DNA of 38,435 bases from Bellilinea sp. (GTDB lineage: Bacteria; Chloroflexota; Anaerolineae; Anaerolineales; Anaerolineaceae). The stretch is taken from the NCBI GenBank assembly GCA_036514835.1, contig DATBWK010000099.1, positions 1-38,435 on the forward strand, written 5' to 3'. Below are positions 17,289-24,895 of the stretch, in pieces. A program made the position numbers and the translations under genes. The notes under the pieces were generated by a model. That model did not search any database and was not told where the DNA came from. It worked only from the letters and a program-made list of their open reading frames with translations. Positions within the stretch are counted from its first letter, which is position 1, and the number at the start of each line of letters is the position of its first letter.

Positions 17289-17935
17289 CAGAGCCGACTC
17301 TGTTCGATCTGGTCATGGGCGCTGAACTGGTCCAGCTCTCCCTGGGCGATTATGCCGAGGTGCGGCGAATCTATCGCGGCGAAATCTGGGCAGCCATTCA
17401 GGATTATTTTACCCAGGATCACGTGCGGATTACCCGCTTTCGCAACCTGATGAAGAAGGCCATGGTCAATGCATTCTTACTGGCCATTGAAATCGGGTTT
17501 GCAGACGGCGGCGGGGGTGTCTGGGCTACAGATGCCGAGCCGGAAGATAAACAGTGGGCGGCGGCTCGCACCAATGCGGAACTTGGCTTTATCGATAGTC
17601 TGTTCTACCAGCTCAAGGATCTGAAGAGCGAGGGCATGGAAGCCTGGATCGGAGAGGCGGACCGGCGCGCAGAGGGATACTGCAAGACGCTGGACAGCAT
17701 TTATTCCGAGGCCAAGATGCGCGGGGCGAGGAATATAGTGCTTACATTTGGCGGGCATGACGGCGCTGAGAGCTGCGCTACCTGCCAAAAGTTGAAAGGA
17801 CAGCGGCATAAAGCCAGTTGGTGGATCAAGCGTAACCTGATTCCGGGCCGGCCGGGCAATCATAGCTATATCTGTGGTGGCTGGCAATGCCAACATTTTC
17901 TTTTCGATGACACCGGTAAAGTTTGGACAACCTGA
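17285..17935 (+). CDS. head morphogenesis/minor capsid protein (Mu gpF-like)
   Basis: After portal; ESCATCQKLKG...PG...CGGWQCQH. Confidence 0.7.
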   Translation: MTEPTLFDLVMGAELVQLSLGDYAEVRRIYRGEIWAAIQDYFTQDHVRITRFRNLMKKAMVNAFLLAIEIGFADGGGGVWATDAEPEDKQWAAARTNAELGFIDSLFYQLKDLKSEGMEAWIGEADRRAEGYCKTLDSIYSEAKMRGARNIVLTFGGHDGAESCATCQKLKGQRHKASWWIKRNLIPGRPGNHSYICGGWQCQHFLFDDTGKVWTT

Positions 17936-18123
17936 TGCCAGACGAAAAACCAGTAACCGACCTCAGCCCTCAAGCCGTTCGGGTGGGGCGGGTGATCGAC
18001 CGGCTTCCGCCAGGCGGGGAATATATTATCCGGGTAGTCAAGGATGATCTCCGGACTATTCCCTGGCAAGTGGAAATTTCCCGAGTCGAGCAGATCAACC
18101 GATTGGAGCCGAGGGATGTTTGA
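17935..18123 (+). CDS. hypothetical protein
   Basis: TGATG coupling. Confidence 0.55.
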   Translation: MPDEKPVTDLSPQAVRVGRVIDRLPPGGEYIIRVVKDDLRTIPWQVEISRVEQINRLEPRDV

Positions 18124-18373
18124 AGTGAATGTGCTGGACTGGCCTCAGGTAGTGGCGCATATTATGCCGGGCACCTGGTTCTATGGGACAAGCTGTTTTG
18201 TTTGCGGGAGCCGGTGGGTGGCCATAGCCAAACCTGGGCTGGGTGAGCTGGAATGCCCGACGTGCAGCTGCAGACAGATCAACGTGAAATTCCCCATGCC
18301 GGTGCAGGCGCAAGGGCATGATGGCGTCTGGATCGATCCGGGAACGGAACCCAGTACGCTGTTTCTAAATTGA
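18116..18373 (+). CDS. small Zn-ribbon protein
   Basis: CFVCGSRWVA..LECPTC; GAGG RBS. Confidence 0.6.
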   Translation: MFEVNVLDWPQVVAHIMPGTWFYGTSCFVCGSRWVAIAKPGLGELECPTCSCRQINVKFPMPVQAQGHDGVWIDPGTEPSTLFLN

Positions 18374-18415
18374 AAACTTTAATGGATCCAGGTAGGTTTG
18401 AGGTAGTGAACTGAT

Positions 18416-19324
18416 ATGGACATTCAGCGGTTCATCCGATACCGGGCACTCATTCCCCGTTATCCACAGGGCATTCGACGGGCCGAAATTGCCCGTCGTT
18501 TGGGCGTGAATCGTTCAACTGTTACCAGAGATTTAGCAAAGCTAGAAATTTGCGGGCTAAAAATCACCGAAGACACAGACGGTTTGATTAGTTTAATCGA
18601 AAGGAGCAATATGACAGTTTCAGATTACCTGGTTTGTGGGATGGGGTTACCGGCGATCGAAAGCCCACCGGTTCCGGTCCCGGAAAATACACGCTGTGCA
18701 CTGGAAGGGACGCCTATCACCACCGGATACTCGCTATGGGACATTATTCCAGATGCTGCTGGAGAATTCATCGAAATGCTGCACGGCAATCTATCCGGTT
18801 ATCTGTCCGAAAATGCGGCCAGGGCTTTCAAAGGCACCTGGAATATGGGTTCATGGCTAATTTTCGAAGATGGAACAGGTTTTCACCCATTGATTTCCCG
18901 AGAGGAGGCGGAAAAACAAGATCGTCCCTGCTGGTCAGACCTGGCGCGCCTGGTATGGCGCGAACGGCAGGGAACGGGCGTTTTGTGCATTCTAACAACC
19001 GATGTTAAAAAGCGCGTGTGGCCACGCGCCCGAGTGGATGTGTTGAGCGATGCCACGCTGGTTTATCTACATGACCCGGAGCAAAATTGTTCGGGAGTCA
19101 TATCACTGAATTGGGGCGAAATGCTCCAAATGCTTGATTTTTTGGAGAGCATATTGGCTAAAGGGTTCAATAAACCGACCCTGGGGCGAAACCTGCTCTC
19201 GGACATCAAAACCGCCATGATCGTTGGACTGCAACAGACCATCGACTGGGAAAAACGGTTGAGCGGCATGCGCCATCAGCCTGAATATCAATTTGCTTAT
19301 GTCATTTCACAGAGGAAAAAATGA
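18416..19324 (+). CDS. csf1: type IV Cas8-like Csf1 with in-frame N-terminal wHTH (alternative start 18611)
   Basis: HTH RRAEIARRLGVNRSTVTRDL; then degenerate Zn-finger region CALEG..TGY..EFIE and CILTTDVKKRVWPRARV; ATGA-coupled to csf2. Confidence 0.6.
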   Translation: MDIQRFIRYRALIPRYPQGIRRAEIARRLGVNRSTVTRDLAKLEICGLKITEDTDGLISLIERSNMTVSDYLVCGMGLPAIESPPVPVPENTRCALEGTPITTGYSLWDIIPDAAGEFIEMLHGNLSGYLSENAARAFKGTWNMGSWLIFEDGTGFHPLISREEAEKQDRPCWSDLARLVWRERQGTGVLCILTTDVKKRVWPRARVDVLSDATLVYLHDPEQNCSGVISLNWGEMLQMLDFLESILAKGFNKPTLGRNLLSDIKTAMIVGLQQTIDWEKRLSGMRHQPEYQFAYVISQRKK

Positions 19325-20718
19325 AACCAATTACGATCCAAGCCAATTTACTTTTAACTGCGCTGACTCCGATCAGCCATCACGATCCAGCCGTTCAGGA
19401 TGGATCCAATGTTTTGACCTTCAACCGCCAAAAACAGTTGATTGCTCAGTCTGGAGAACAGACTGCAATCGGCCCGGAAATCATCGAGCAATTCAGCTCG
19501 GCGCATCCGGTTCCGGCCGATCTGGCGCCTATTGTAGCGGATATGCCATTTGCGGAATTCGCTGCCTGCGCGCTAATCAAACTGCTGATCGACACCTACA
19601 ACAGTCAGGATGGAACCGGGTTGTTCTCGGGCATGGAGCGTTATAGCCTGTTGGAAAGCCGTGCTCGCACGGCTGCGGTCAAATCCTCCAATCTGCGTTC
19701 GTTCTGGTCCAATATCACCCGCGACCTGCAACTCCCGATTCAATTAGGGCGCGAGGATGAACTACTGATCGGATTCTTTGCTTTGCCAGGAGCGGCACAG
19801 TTTGCGGTGATCAACCAAATCGCCACGGAACACCGGACGATCATCACCGTGGCGCGAGTTTGGAGCGCAAAAGCCAAGATGCAAAACGAAGCTTATGCCC
19901 AGGCTGTTTCTCTACCGCTTGATGAAAGCGGATCACAAACTGCTAAACTCCGATCTCCGGAATTGGCTTCACTGCCAGCGTCGCTGGTACTGGATGTGCC
20001 GGCAGTCTCGGCCAACAGCCTGCGTCACCAGATCGTGCGTGAACCGGGTTGGCTGCATCTGTTCGGGGCGCTCGATCTGGCCGGGGAAACGCTGCCGGTG
20101 GAAGCCGAAGCGATCTTCTACAATGGCGGGAATATCCGCGCCGGTGCAAAACAGCCATCCGGCGCCTTTGCTCTGGCACGCAAAGCGCGCAAAAATTACC
20201 CGCTGCTCGATCTACTGGGCGGCGTATGCGATTCGTTCGATCTGGGCGAATCGCTGTTGTCCGTTTCTGCATGGCTGGTGTGCCGCGAAAATCATGCTGC
20301 GCTTTCCGGGATGGCCGCTGAGCTGTCTGGCGCTGCAGTAAGCGCATTCGATCTACTGGATGACATCACCCATACCCGCCAGGCTACCGAACAAGGAGCA
20401 GGGCAGATGATCTACAACTTCGAAGCGCTGGTACCGGGAGCGCAGTTTGTGGTGAGATTATCCCTCAAACCCTATGCCGATCAACTGGCGATCGGGGCGC
20501 TGGCGGCGGCACTGCAAACCTACCTGGACTGCCATCCAGTGATAGCCGGACAGTCAGCGCGTGGGTATGGCGTGGTTAGCGCGGGATGGCTAGAACGCCC
20601 GAACGAATTCGAACAGGCGCGCGATTTCTACGAAACCTACCTGGCTGAGAATCACGATCAACTGCGCAGATGGATTCTGGATGGCACGCTCGGAACGGGC
20701 GCAAAAGTAGTATCGTGA
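19321..20718 (+). CDS. csf2: type IV Cas7-family Csf2 with ~180-aa Cas11-like insertion
   Basis: RAMP motifs LTALTPISH, NVLTFNRQ, VPAVSANSLRH, FYNGG, PLLDLLGG, TRQ..GQMIYNFEALVPG, G-rich loop IAGQSARGYG. Confidence 0.85.
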   Translation: MKPITIQANLLLTALTPISHHDPAVQDGSNVLTFNRQKQLIAQSGEQTAIGPEIIEQFSSAHPVPADLAPIVADMPFAEFAACALIKLLIDTYNSQDGTGLFSGMERYSLLESRARTAAVKSSNLRSFWSNITRDLQLPIQLGREDELLIGFFALPGAAQFAVINQIATEHRTIITVARVWSAKAKMQNEAYAQAVSLPLDESGSQTAKLRSPELASLPASLVLDVPAVSANSLRHQIVREPGWLHLFGALDLAGETLPVEAEAIFYNGGNIRAGAKQPSGAFALARKARKNYPLLDLLGGVCDSFDLGESLLSVSAWLVCRENHAALSGMAAELSGAAVSAFDLLDDITHTRQATEQGAGQMIYNFEALVPGAQFVVRLSLKPYADQLAIGALAAALQTYLDCHPVIAGQSARGYGVVSAGWLERPNEFEQARDFYETYLAENHDQLRRWILDGTLGTGAKVVS

Positions 20719-21467
20719 GCCCTGAAGAAACTGCCTACCGAGCTTATGCTCTGCTGCCGATCTTCGAACGGCGCGTGGCGCAGGCAATGAATTGCATTCG
20801 ATATGCATACCAACTTTGTCGCGCGCCGTATGTTTCATTTTCGGCCGGGAAAGATTCATCAGTCATGCTGCATCTTATCCTATCCATAAAGCCGAATGCC
20901 ATAGTGCGGATTCTGACCGGCGGAGAGACCCGCCTGCTGCATCGCGACATCGATGGTGTTTTGGATTGGTGGCGCTCTGGGTATCCGAAGATGGATTTTG
21001 CCGAAATTCAGGTAGATCATGTTTTTTCGCCCGGGTGGGAAGACAAAACATTCTACGAGCAATACCAGACCTTTCAAAATGAATGGGAAAAATATCTTCA
21101 TGCGGCTGGTGACTGGGATGGCTGCTTCATCGGATTGCGGGCAGAGGAATCGGCCATCCGCAGAGCCTGGCTGCGGGAGCGAATGGAAGGGCATGCCATC
21201 CGCCAATATCGTGCCGGCAGCAAAGCCGGTGTTTATCGCATCTGCCCGCTGGCAGACTGGCGCGAGGAAGATATTGGAGCATATATCATCAAACATCAGA
21301 TCCCGCTACTGGCTGGTTACGAAAAAGGGTTCTCTGCGCGCACCAAGACGAGAATGGGAGGACGGGCGATGATCGCCTTTGGACAATTGGCCGAGCTGCG
21401 CGAACGCGACCCGGAAAATTACCAAAAACTGATCGAGCGTTTCCCAGAATTGACGAGATGGACATGA
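20715..21467 (+). CDS. cysH: CysH-like PAPS-reductase-family (PP-loop) protein associated with type IV-B
   Basis: YVSFSAGKDS, FIGLRAEES..R, CPLADWREEDIGAYI; GTGA-coupled to csf2. Confidence 0.85.
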   Translation: MSPEETAYRAYALLPIFERRVAQAMNCIRYAYQLCRAPYVSFSAGKDSSVMLHLILSIKPNAIVRILTGGETRLLHRDIDGVLDWWRSGYPKMDFAEIQVDHVFSPGWEDKTFYEQYQTFQNEWEKYLHAAGDWDGCFIGLRAEESAIRRAWLRERMEGHAIRQYRAGSKAGVYRICPLADWREEDIGAYIIKHQIPLLAGYEKGFSARTKTRMGGRAMIAFGQLAELRERDPENYQKLIERFPELTRWT

Positions 21468-21488
21468 GCGATTGAAAGGAAAACTGAC

Positions 21489-22223
21489 ATGATTAACCTT
21501 CCTGAATTCGAAGCGTTTACCCGTGAATTTGGAGCGCTGGAAATGCGCCCGCTGGTGGTGCGAGCTGTACTAAAACCCAATTCTCCGGTGATTTCCTATC
21601 ATCCACCGCCTTATCTGGACAACCTATTGGCACGCTCGGTAGTGGATCGGGCAACTGGCGGCAATGGACTGCCGGACACTCCAGAAGCCTACTGGCTGCC
21701 GCTGCCGCTCAAAATGGTCTGGTTATCGCCAGAAGGATTGCCGCTGTGGGATAGTTCTGTTTTTGAACCGATCGGCATAAATATTTCAGACACCGTATAT
21801 TCGCATAAACGACCGCCAAAAGCGCTGTTCAGCGAGGCCAGGTCGATCAAATTCAATACCGGGCGGTGGATGGAACGTCGTCTGCCGATGCCTGTGGCGA
21901 TAGCGCCGGGCTGGGAGGCGCGCTGCATCGGAAATATTGAAGCGATCCTGGATTTGCTAAAAGATATTGCATTTCTGGGAAAGCGGCGGTCCATTGGCAT
22001 GGGAGAGATTGACGAATGGATTGTTGCGCCGGCCGAGTTCGAGACCGCGCTGATCAGTGACGGTTATCTGGCGCATGGTATACCGGAGGGCAGCGGGATC
22101 GAATGCGATATGCCGACCAGCCCAGTGGGATGGACGCCGCCGCAATGGAAGGTGAGCCTTCATTCTCCCGGGTGGCCGGTTGGGACAATGCGCAGAGTGG
22201 ATTGGTACGAGGAAGCGGTATGA
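21489..22223 (+). CDS. csf3: type IV Cas5-family Csf3
   Basis: PLVVRAVL..LDNLLA..LPLPL..W..S..KR..GRW..RRLP..IGNIEAILDLL..LGKRRSIGMGEIDEW..PPQW. Confidence 0.85.
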   Translation: MINLPEFEAFTREFGALEMRPLVVRAVLKPNSPVISYHPPPYLDNLLARSVVDRATGGNGLPDTPEAYWLPLPLKMVWLSPEGLPLWDSSVFEPIGINISDTVYSHKRPPKALFSEARSIKFNTGRWMERRLPMPVAIAPGWEARCIGNIEAILDLLKDIAFLGKRRSIGMGEIDEWIVAPAEFETALISDGYLAHGIPEGSGIECDMPTSPVGWTPPQWKVSLHSPGWPVGTMRRVDWYEEAV

Positions 22224-22224
22224 T

Positions 22225-22250
22225 AAAAAGCCCGCCGGTCAGGGCGGGCT
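22225..22250 (-). terminator. intrinsic terminator between convergent operons
   Basis: AGCCCGCC-N6-GGCGGGCT with T tract on the minus strand. Confidence 0.75.
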
Positions 22251-22270
22251 GTAAATCGAGTGCTATGATG

Positions 22271-22606
22271 CTACTTTATTTTCCGCGGCGCTCCCCCCTT
22301 GCGCCCATTTATGCGGGATTGAGCTGCCTTTTTTGGCGTGCGGATGGAGCCGAGGGCTGCGGCAGCTTCGGATGCGTGCATGTTCTGTTCCCGCGCGAAC
22401 TGGATATCATCCAAATTAACGAGCAAGCCATTTTGATCTAAGATGCGATAGTTATGCGCCCATGTGCCACTCCCGCCGCTGGTTTGTGATCGGTTTGTGT
22501 CCATAGCGCGAACGGCCGCACGCAGTGAGGCGTATGTTCCAAAGAGTTTGAAGGCACTATCGGGTGCAATTACATGTGCAGAATCAGTTCGTTCTAGAGT
22601 AAACAT
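22271..22606 (-). CDS. small protein with basic putative DNA-binding tail
   Basis: AGGAG RBS; C-terminal AAAALGSIRTPKKAAQSRINGRKGGAPRK. Confidence 0.7.
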   Translation of the reverse strand: MFTLERTDSAHVIAPDSAFKLFGTYASLRAAVRAMDTNRSQTSGGSGTWAHNYRILDQNGLLVNLDDIQFAREQNMHASEAAAALGSIRTPKKAAQSRINGRKGGAPRKIK

Positions 22607-22615
22607 GTCAGTCTC

Positions 22616-22831
22616 CTATGCACAGTCATCACAAATTTTGTTTTGGCCCTGTGTGAAACGGGCCCCATCGAAGTTTTTTGATGCGCCGCAGCGCTTGCAA
22701 ACGATATCTGTGTCGTGCATCCGCTGGATGCGTTCGATATCTTCGACTGTTGGGATGATCGGCAGGCTCTGGTCATTATTGATCCCGCCGATCCCCAATC
22801 CGCTGTCCGAGTCGTATGTGTGATCGATCAT
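22616..22831 (-). CDS. small acidic Zn-finger protein
   Basis: CKRC...CDDC; tightly packed in operon. Confidence 0.65.
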   Translation of the reverse strand: MIDHTYDSDSGLGIGGINNDQSLPIIPTVEDIERIQRMHDTDIVCKRCGASKNFDGARFTQGQNKICDDCA

Positions 22832-22832
22832 C

Positions 22833-23030
22833 TTATTCCATCCCGTGAGTGGCGTTATAGGCTTCTTCTTCGGCTTCCCGGAGGGTTGCGAAACCTCGGA
22901 TTTTTTCGGCCCAACTGCGCTCCGCTTTTTCGGCGGTCAGAACGAAGTAACCCTTGCTTTTGCTGTACATGACGAAGAAATTTTTCTCAGTGCTGGACTT
23001 GCTGGTGGTGTTTCCGGTTGTGTCTGTCAT
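22833..23030 (-). CDS. small hypothetical protein
   Basis: GGAG RBS; first gene after a strong promoter. Confidence 0.65.
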   Translation of the reverse strand: MTDTTGNTTSKSSTEKNFFVMYSKSKGYFVLTAEKAERSWAEKIRGFATLREAEEEAYNATHGME

Positions 23031-23059
23031 CTCGTGTCTCCGTTTCGTTTGATGTATAC

Positions 23060-23088
23060 AGTATATAACCTAACGTTAGGTTTGTCAA
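23060..23088 (-). promoter_or_regulatory. strong promoter with perfect palindromic operator in the spacer
   Basis: TTGACA-17bp-TATACT; spacer contains AACCTAACGTTAGGTT (23067-23082). Confidence 0.85.
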
Positions 23089-23158
23089 GTGGTTTTAGGA
23101 AACTCGTTGAAAACTCTAATGTAAAATTCTAAAATTGTTCTACGATATAAATTAGAAC

Positions 23159-23187
23159 TTGCATTTTTAGAAAAGACGTGCTATCCT
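23159..23187 (+). promoter_or_regulatory. promoter for the capsid/tail operon
   Basis: TTGCAT-17bp-TATCCT with extended -10 TG. Confidence 0.55.
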
Positions 23188-23249
23188 CTGGGTGCACGAC
23201 TTAAACAACCGCATACTACGGTTCTCGCTGACAAACTATTTTTGTGGCT

Positions 23250-23291
23250 GGCCGCGTTTGCCCACTTTGGGCGGCGCGGCCTTTTTTGTTT
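23250..23291 (+). terminator. leader terminator before the protease/capsid operon
   Basis: GGCCGCG..GCCC-ACTTT-GGGC..CGCGGCC followed by TTTTTTGTTT. Confidence 0.7.
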
Positions 23292-23305
23292 AACCCAGGA
23301 GCGCA

Positions 23306-24418
23306 ATGCCCAAACAACAGCGATTTTTTTTACTGGCCAGCATGTCCGGTCAAACGGCCGAGGGTAAACCGTTCGACGGTATGGCGGCCGGCACTTTCTA
23401 CGATATGTGGGGCCGGGAAGCGAGTATTGACCGAGCCGATTTTTCGACCTTCCTGGCCAATACCCGTGCCCTGATCGAATCCACCCGCGGCGAAAGTGGT
23501 CAAGTTGTCGGGCTGCCAATCGATTGTTATTCGCACGACCTGAATGGCGGCGCCGGCTGGATCACAGCGGTTGAGTTGAGCGAAGACGGCAGCAAAATCC
23601 GGTTTACCCCGCGCTGGACTGATGACGGGATGGAGCTGATTGCCAGCGATAAGGTGCGCTTTTTCTCGCCTTCATTGAATCTGGTGGATAAGGTCATTTT
23701 GGGTGGGTCGTTGACCAACTGGCCGGCCACCCGGACACCGACAGAAATCAAGCTTCGCCCGATTGAATTATCGGAAGGGCTGAACGAGCTGGACATCGAA
23801 GAGGACGCCGATGCCTTGACCTTGCTCGAATCGGCGTTCGAAAATGTGAAACGACTGTTTTCCGGGCGGCGGCCCGGTTCAGTGGGGAATCCCCCAAAAA
23901 CCAATCCTAATCAGGAGGAACCTATGACCGACAATCACCAAAGCTTGGAAGCGCTCTTGTCGGCGGATCCCGCACGGGTCGCCGAATTGCAGGCGCTGGT
24001 CGAAACTCGCGCGAAGGCGCAAGTGACCGAGTTGCTGGAAGCTGAAAAGCGGAAGGCGCACGTGGCTGAATTCTCTGCCCGCGTGGTTTCTGGCAGTGCG
24101 GAGCGCCCGGTCGGGCTGCCCGTTACCCAGGAACGGCTGAGCAAATTCATGTCCAGCTTAAGCACTGAGCAACAGGCCGAGTTCGAAGGTCTGATTGAGG
24201 ACGTGCTGACGGCCGGCAAACTCACCGAGTTTTCCGAGCTGGGACACTCCAAAGACCTGGGCGGAAAGGGCCGGCAGAAATTGCCCGCACCGATTGCCGC
24301 GCAATTGCAGGCCTGGGTGGATGCCAAACAGTCCATCGAGGAGTTTTTCAGGGTCAATGCGGTCGAGTTGGGCAACCAGGCCGATTATGACCTGACCGCT
24401 TTCGAAGCCAAAAAGTAG
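23306..24418 (+). CDS. Mu gpI-like prohead protease with C-terminal scaffold
   Basis: LPID..H..GAGWI..RW...G.ELI....RFFSP..LTNWPA; internal AGGAGG-ATG at 23924. Confidence 0.85.
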   Translation: MPKQQRFFLLASMSGQTAEGKPFDGMAAGTFYDMWGREASIDRADFSTFLANTRALIESTRGESGQVVGLPIDCYSHDLNGGAGWITAVELSEDGSKIRFTPRWTDDGMELIASDKVRFFSPSLNLVDKVILGGSLTNWPATRTPTEIKLRPIELSEGLNELDIEEDADALTLLESAFENVKRLFSGRRPGSVGNPPKTNPNQEEPMTDNHQSLEALLSADPARVAELQALVETRAKAQVTELLEAEKRKAHVAEFSARVVSGSAERPVGLPVTQERLSKFMSSLSTEQQAEFEGLIEDVLTAGKLTEFSELGHSKDLGGKGRQKLPAPIAAQLQAWVDAKQSIEEFFRVNAVELGNQADYDLTAFEAKK

Positions 24419-24427
24419 GAGGAACCC

Positions 24428-24886
24428 ATGGCTGATTTAACTGCTGCTGCACCGCTGCGGACACTGGGAGAGGCTGTTCTCGAACAGTTCGCCCTGGATA
24501 CCTCCGCTGCGCGAACGATCTACAAGGGTCAGCCGCTGATCCTTTCAGCGACGGACACAGTTAACCCGATTGGTTGGGTGGATGCCACCGTTGTGGCTCC
24601 GACCGACGTGTTCATTGGCATCGCTGCCGAGGACAAATCAGTTGCGCTTGGCGATGCGGAGACGGTCGAAAAGTCCGGCATCAATGCCTTTGTTGGCCCG
24701 ACCATTCTGGGCTTCAAGTCGGCTGTTTTTACCGATGCCGATCTTGGCAAAACCGTCTATATGTCCGATTCGGGCACGCTGTCCGTTACCGTGGCTGACA
24801 ATCCTCAGATTGGCAAGTTGCACCGGGTGCTGGACGGTTATGCCTACGTTGAGCTGATCACCCCGCAGGTTTGCACCGGGGCATAG
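24428..24886 (+). CDS. capsid decoration/cement protein
   Basis: Between scaffold and capsid; IYKG..FIGIAAE..ADLGKTVYMSD..IGK. Confidence 0.7.
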   Translation: MADLTAAAPLRTLGEAVLEQFALDTSAARTIYKGQPLILSATDTVNPIGWVDATVVAPTDVFIGIAAEDKSVALGDAETVEKSGINAFVGPTILGFKSAVFTDADLGKTVYMSDSGTLSVTVADNPQIGKLHRVLDGYAYVELITPQVCTGA

Positions 24887-24895
24887 GAGACTAAC

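Noticed and set aside
20715-21467. CysH as an auxiliary sulfur-metabolism gene or a Dnd system
   Set aside because: No ECGLH motif, no other cys or dnd genes, and embedded in the csf operon
21471-21478. ATTGAAAG, like a crRNA 5' handle, before csf3
   Set aside because: Single copy overlapping the GAAAGGA ribosome-binding site; no repeat body
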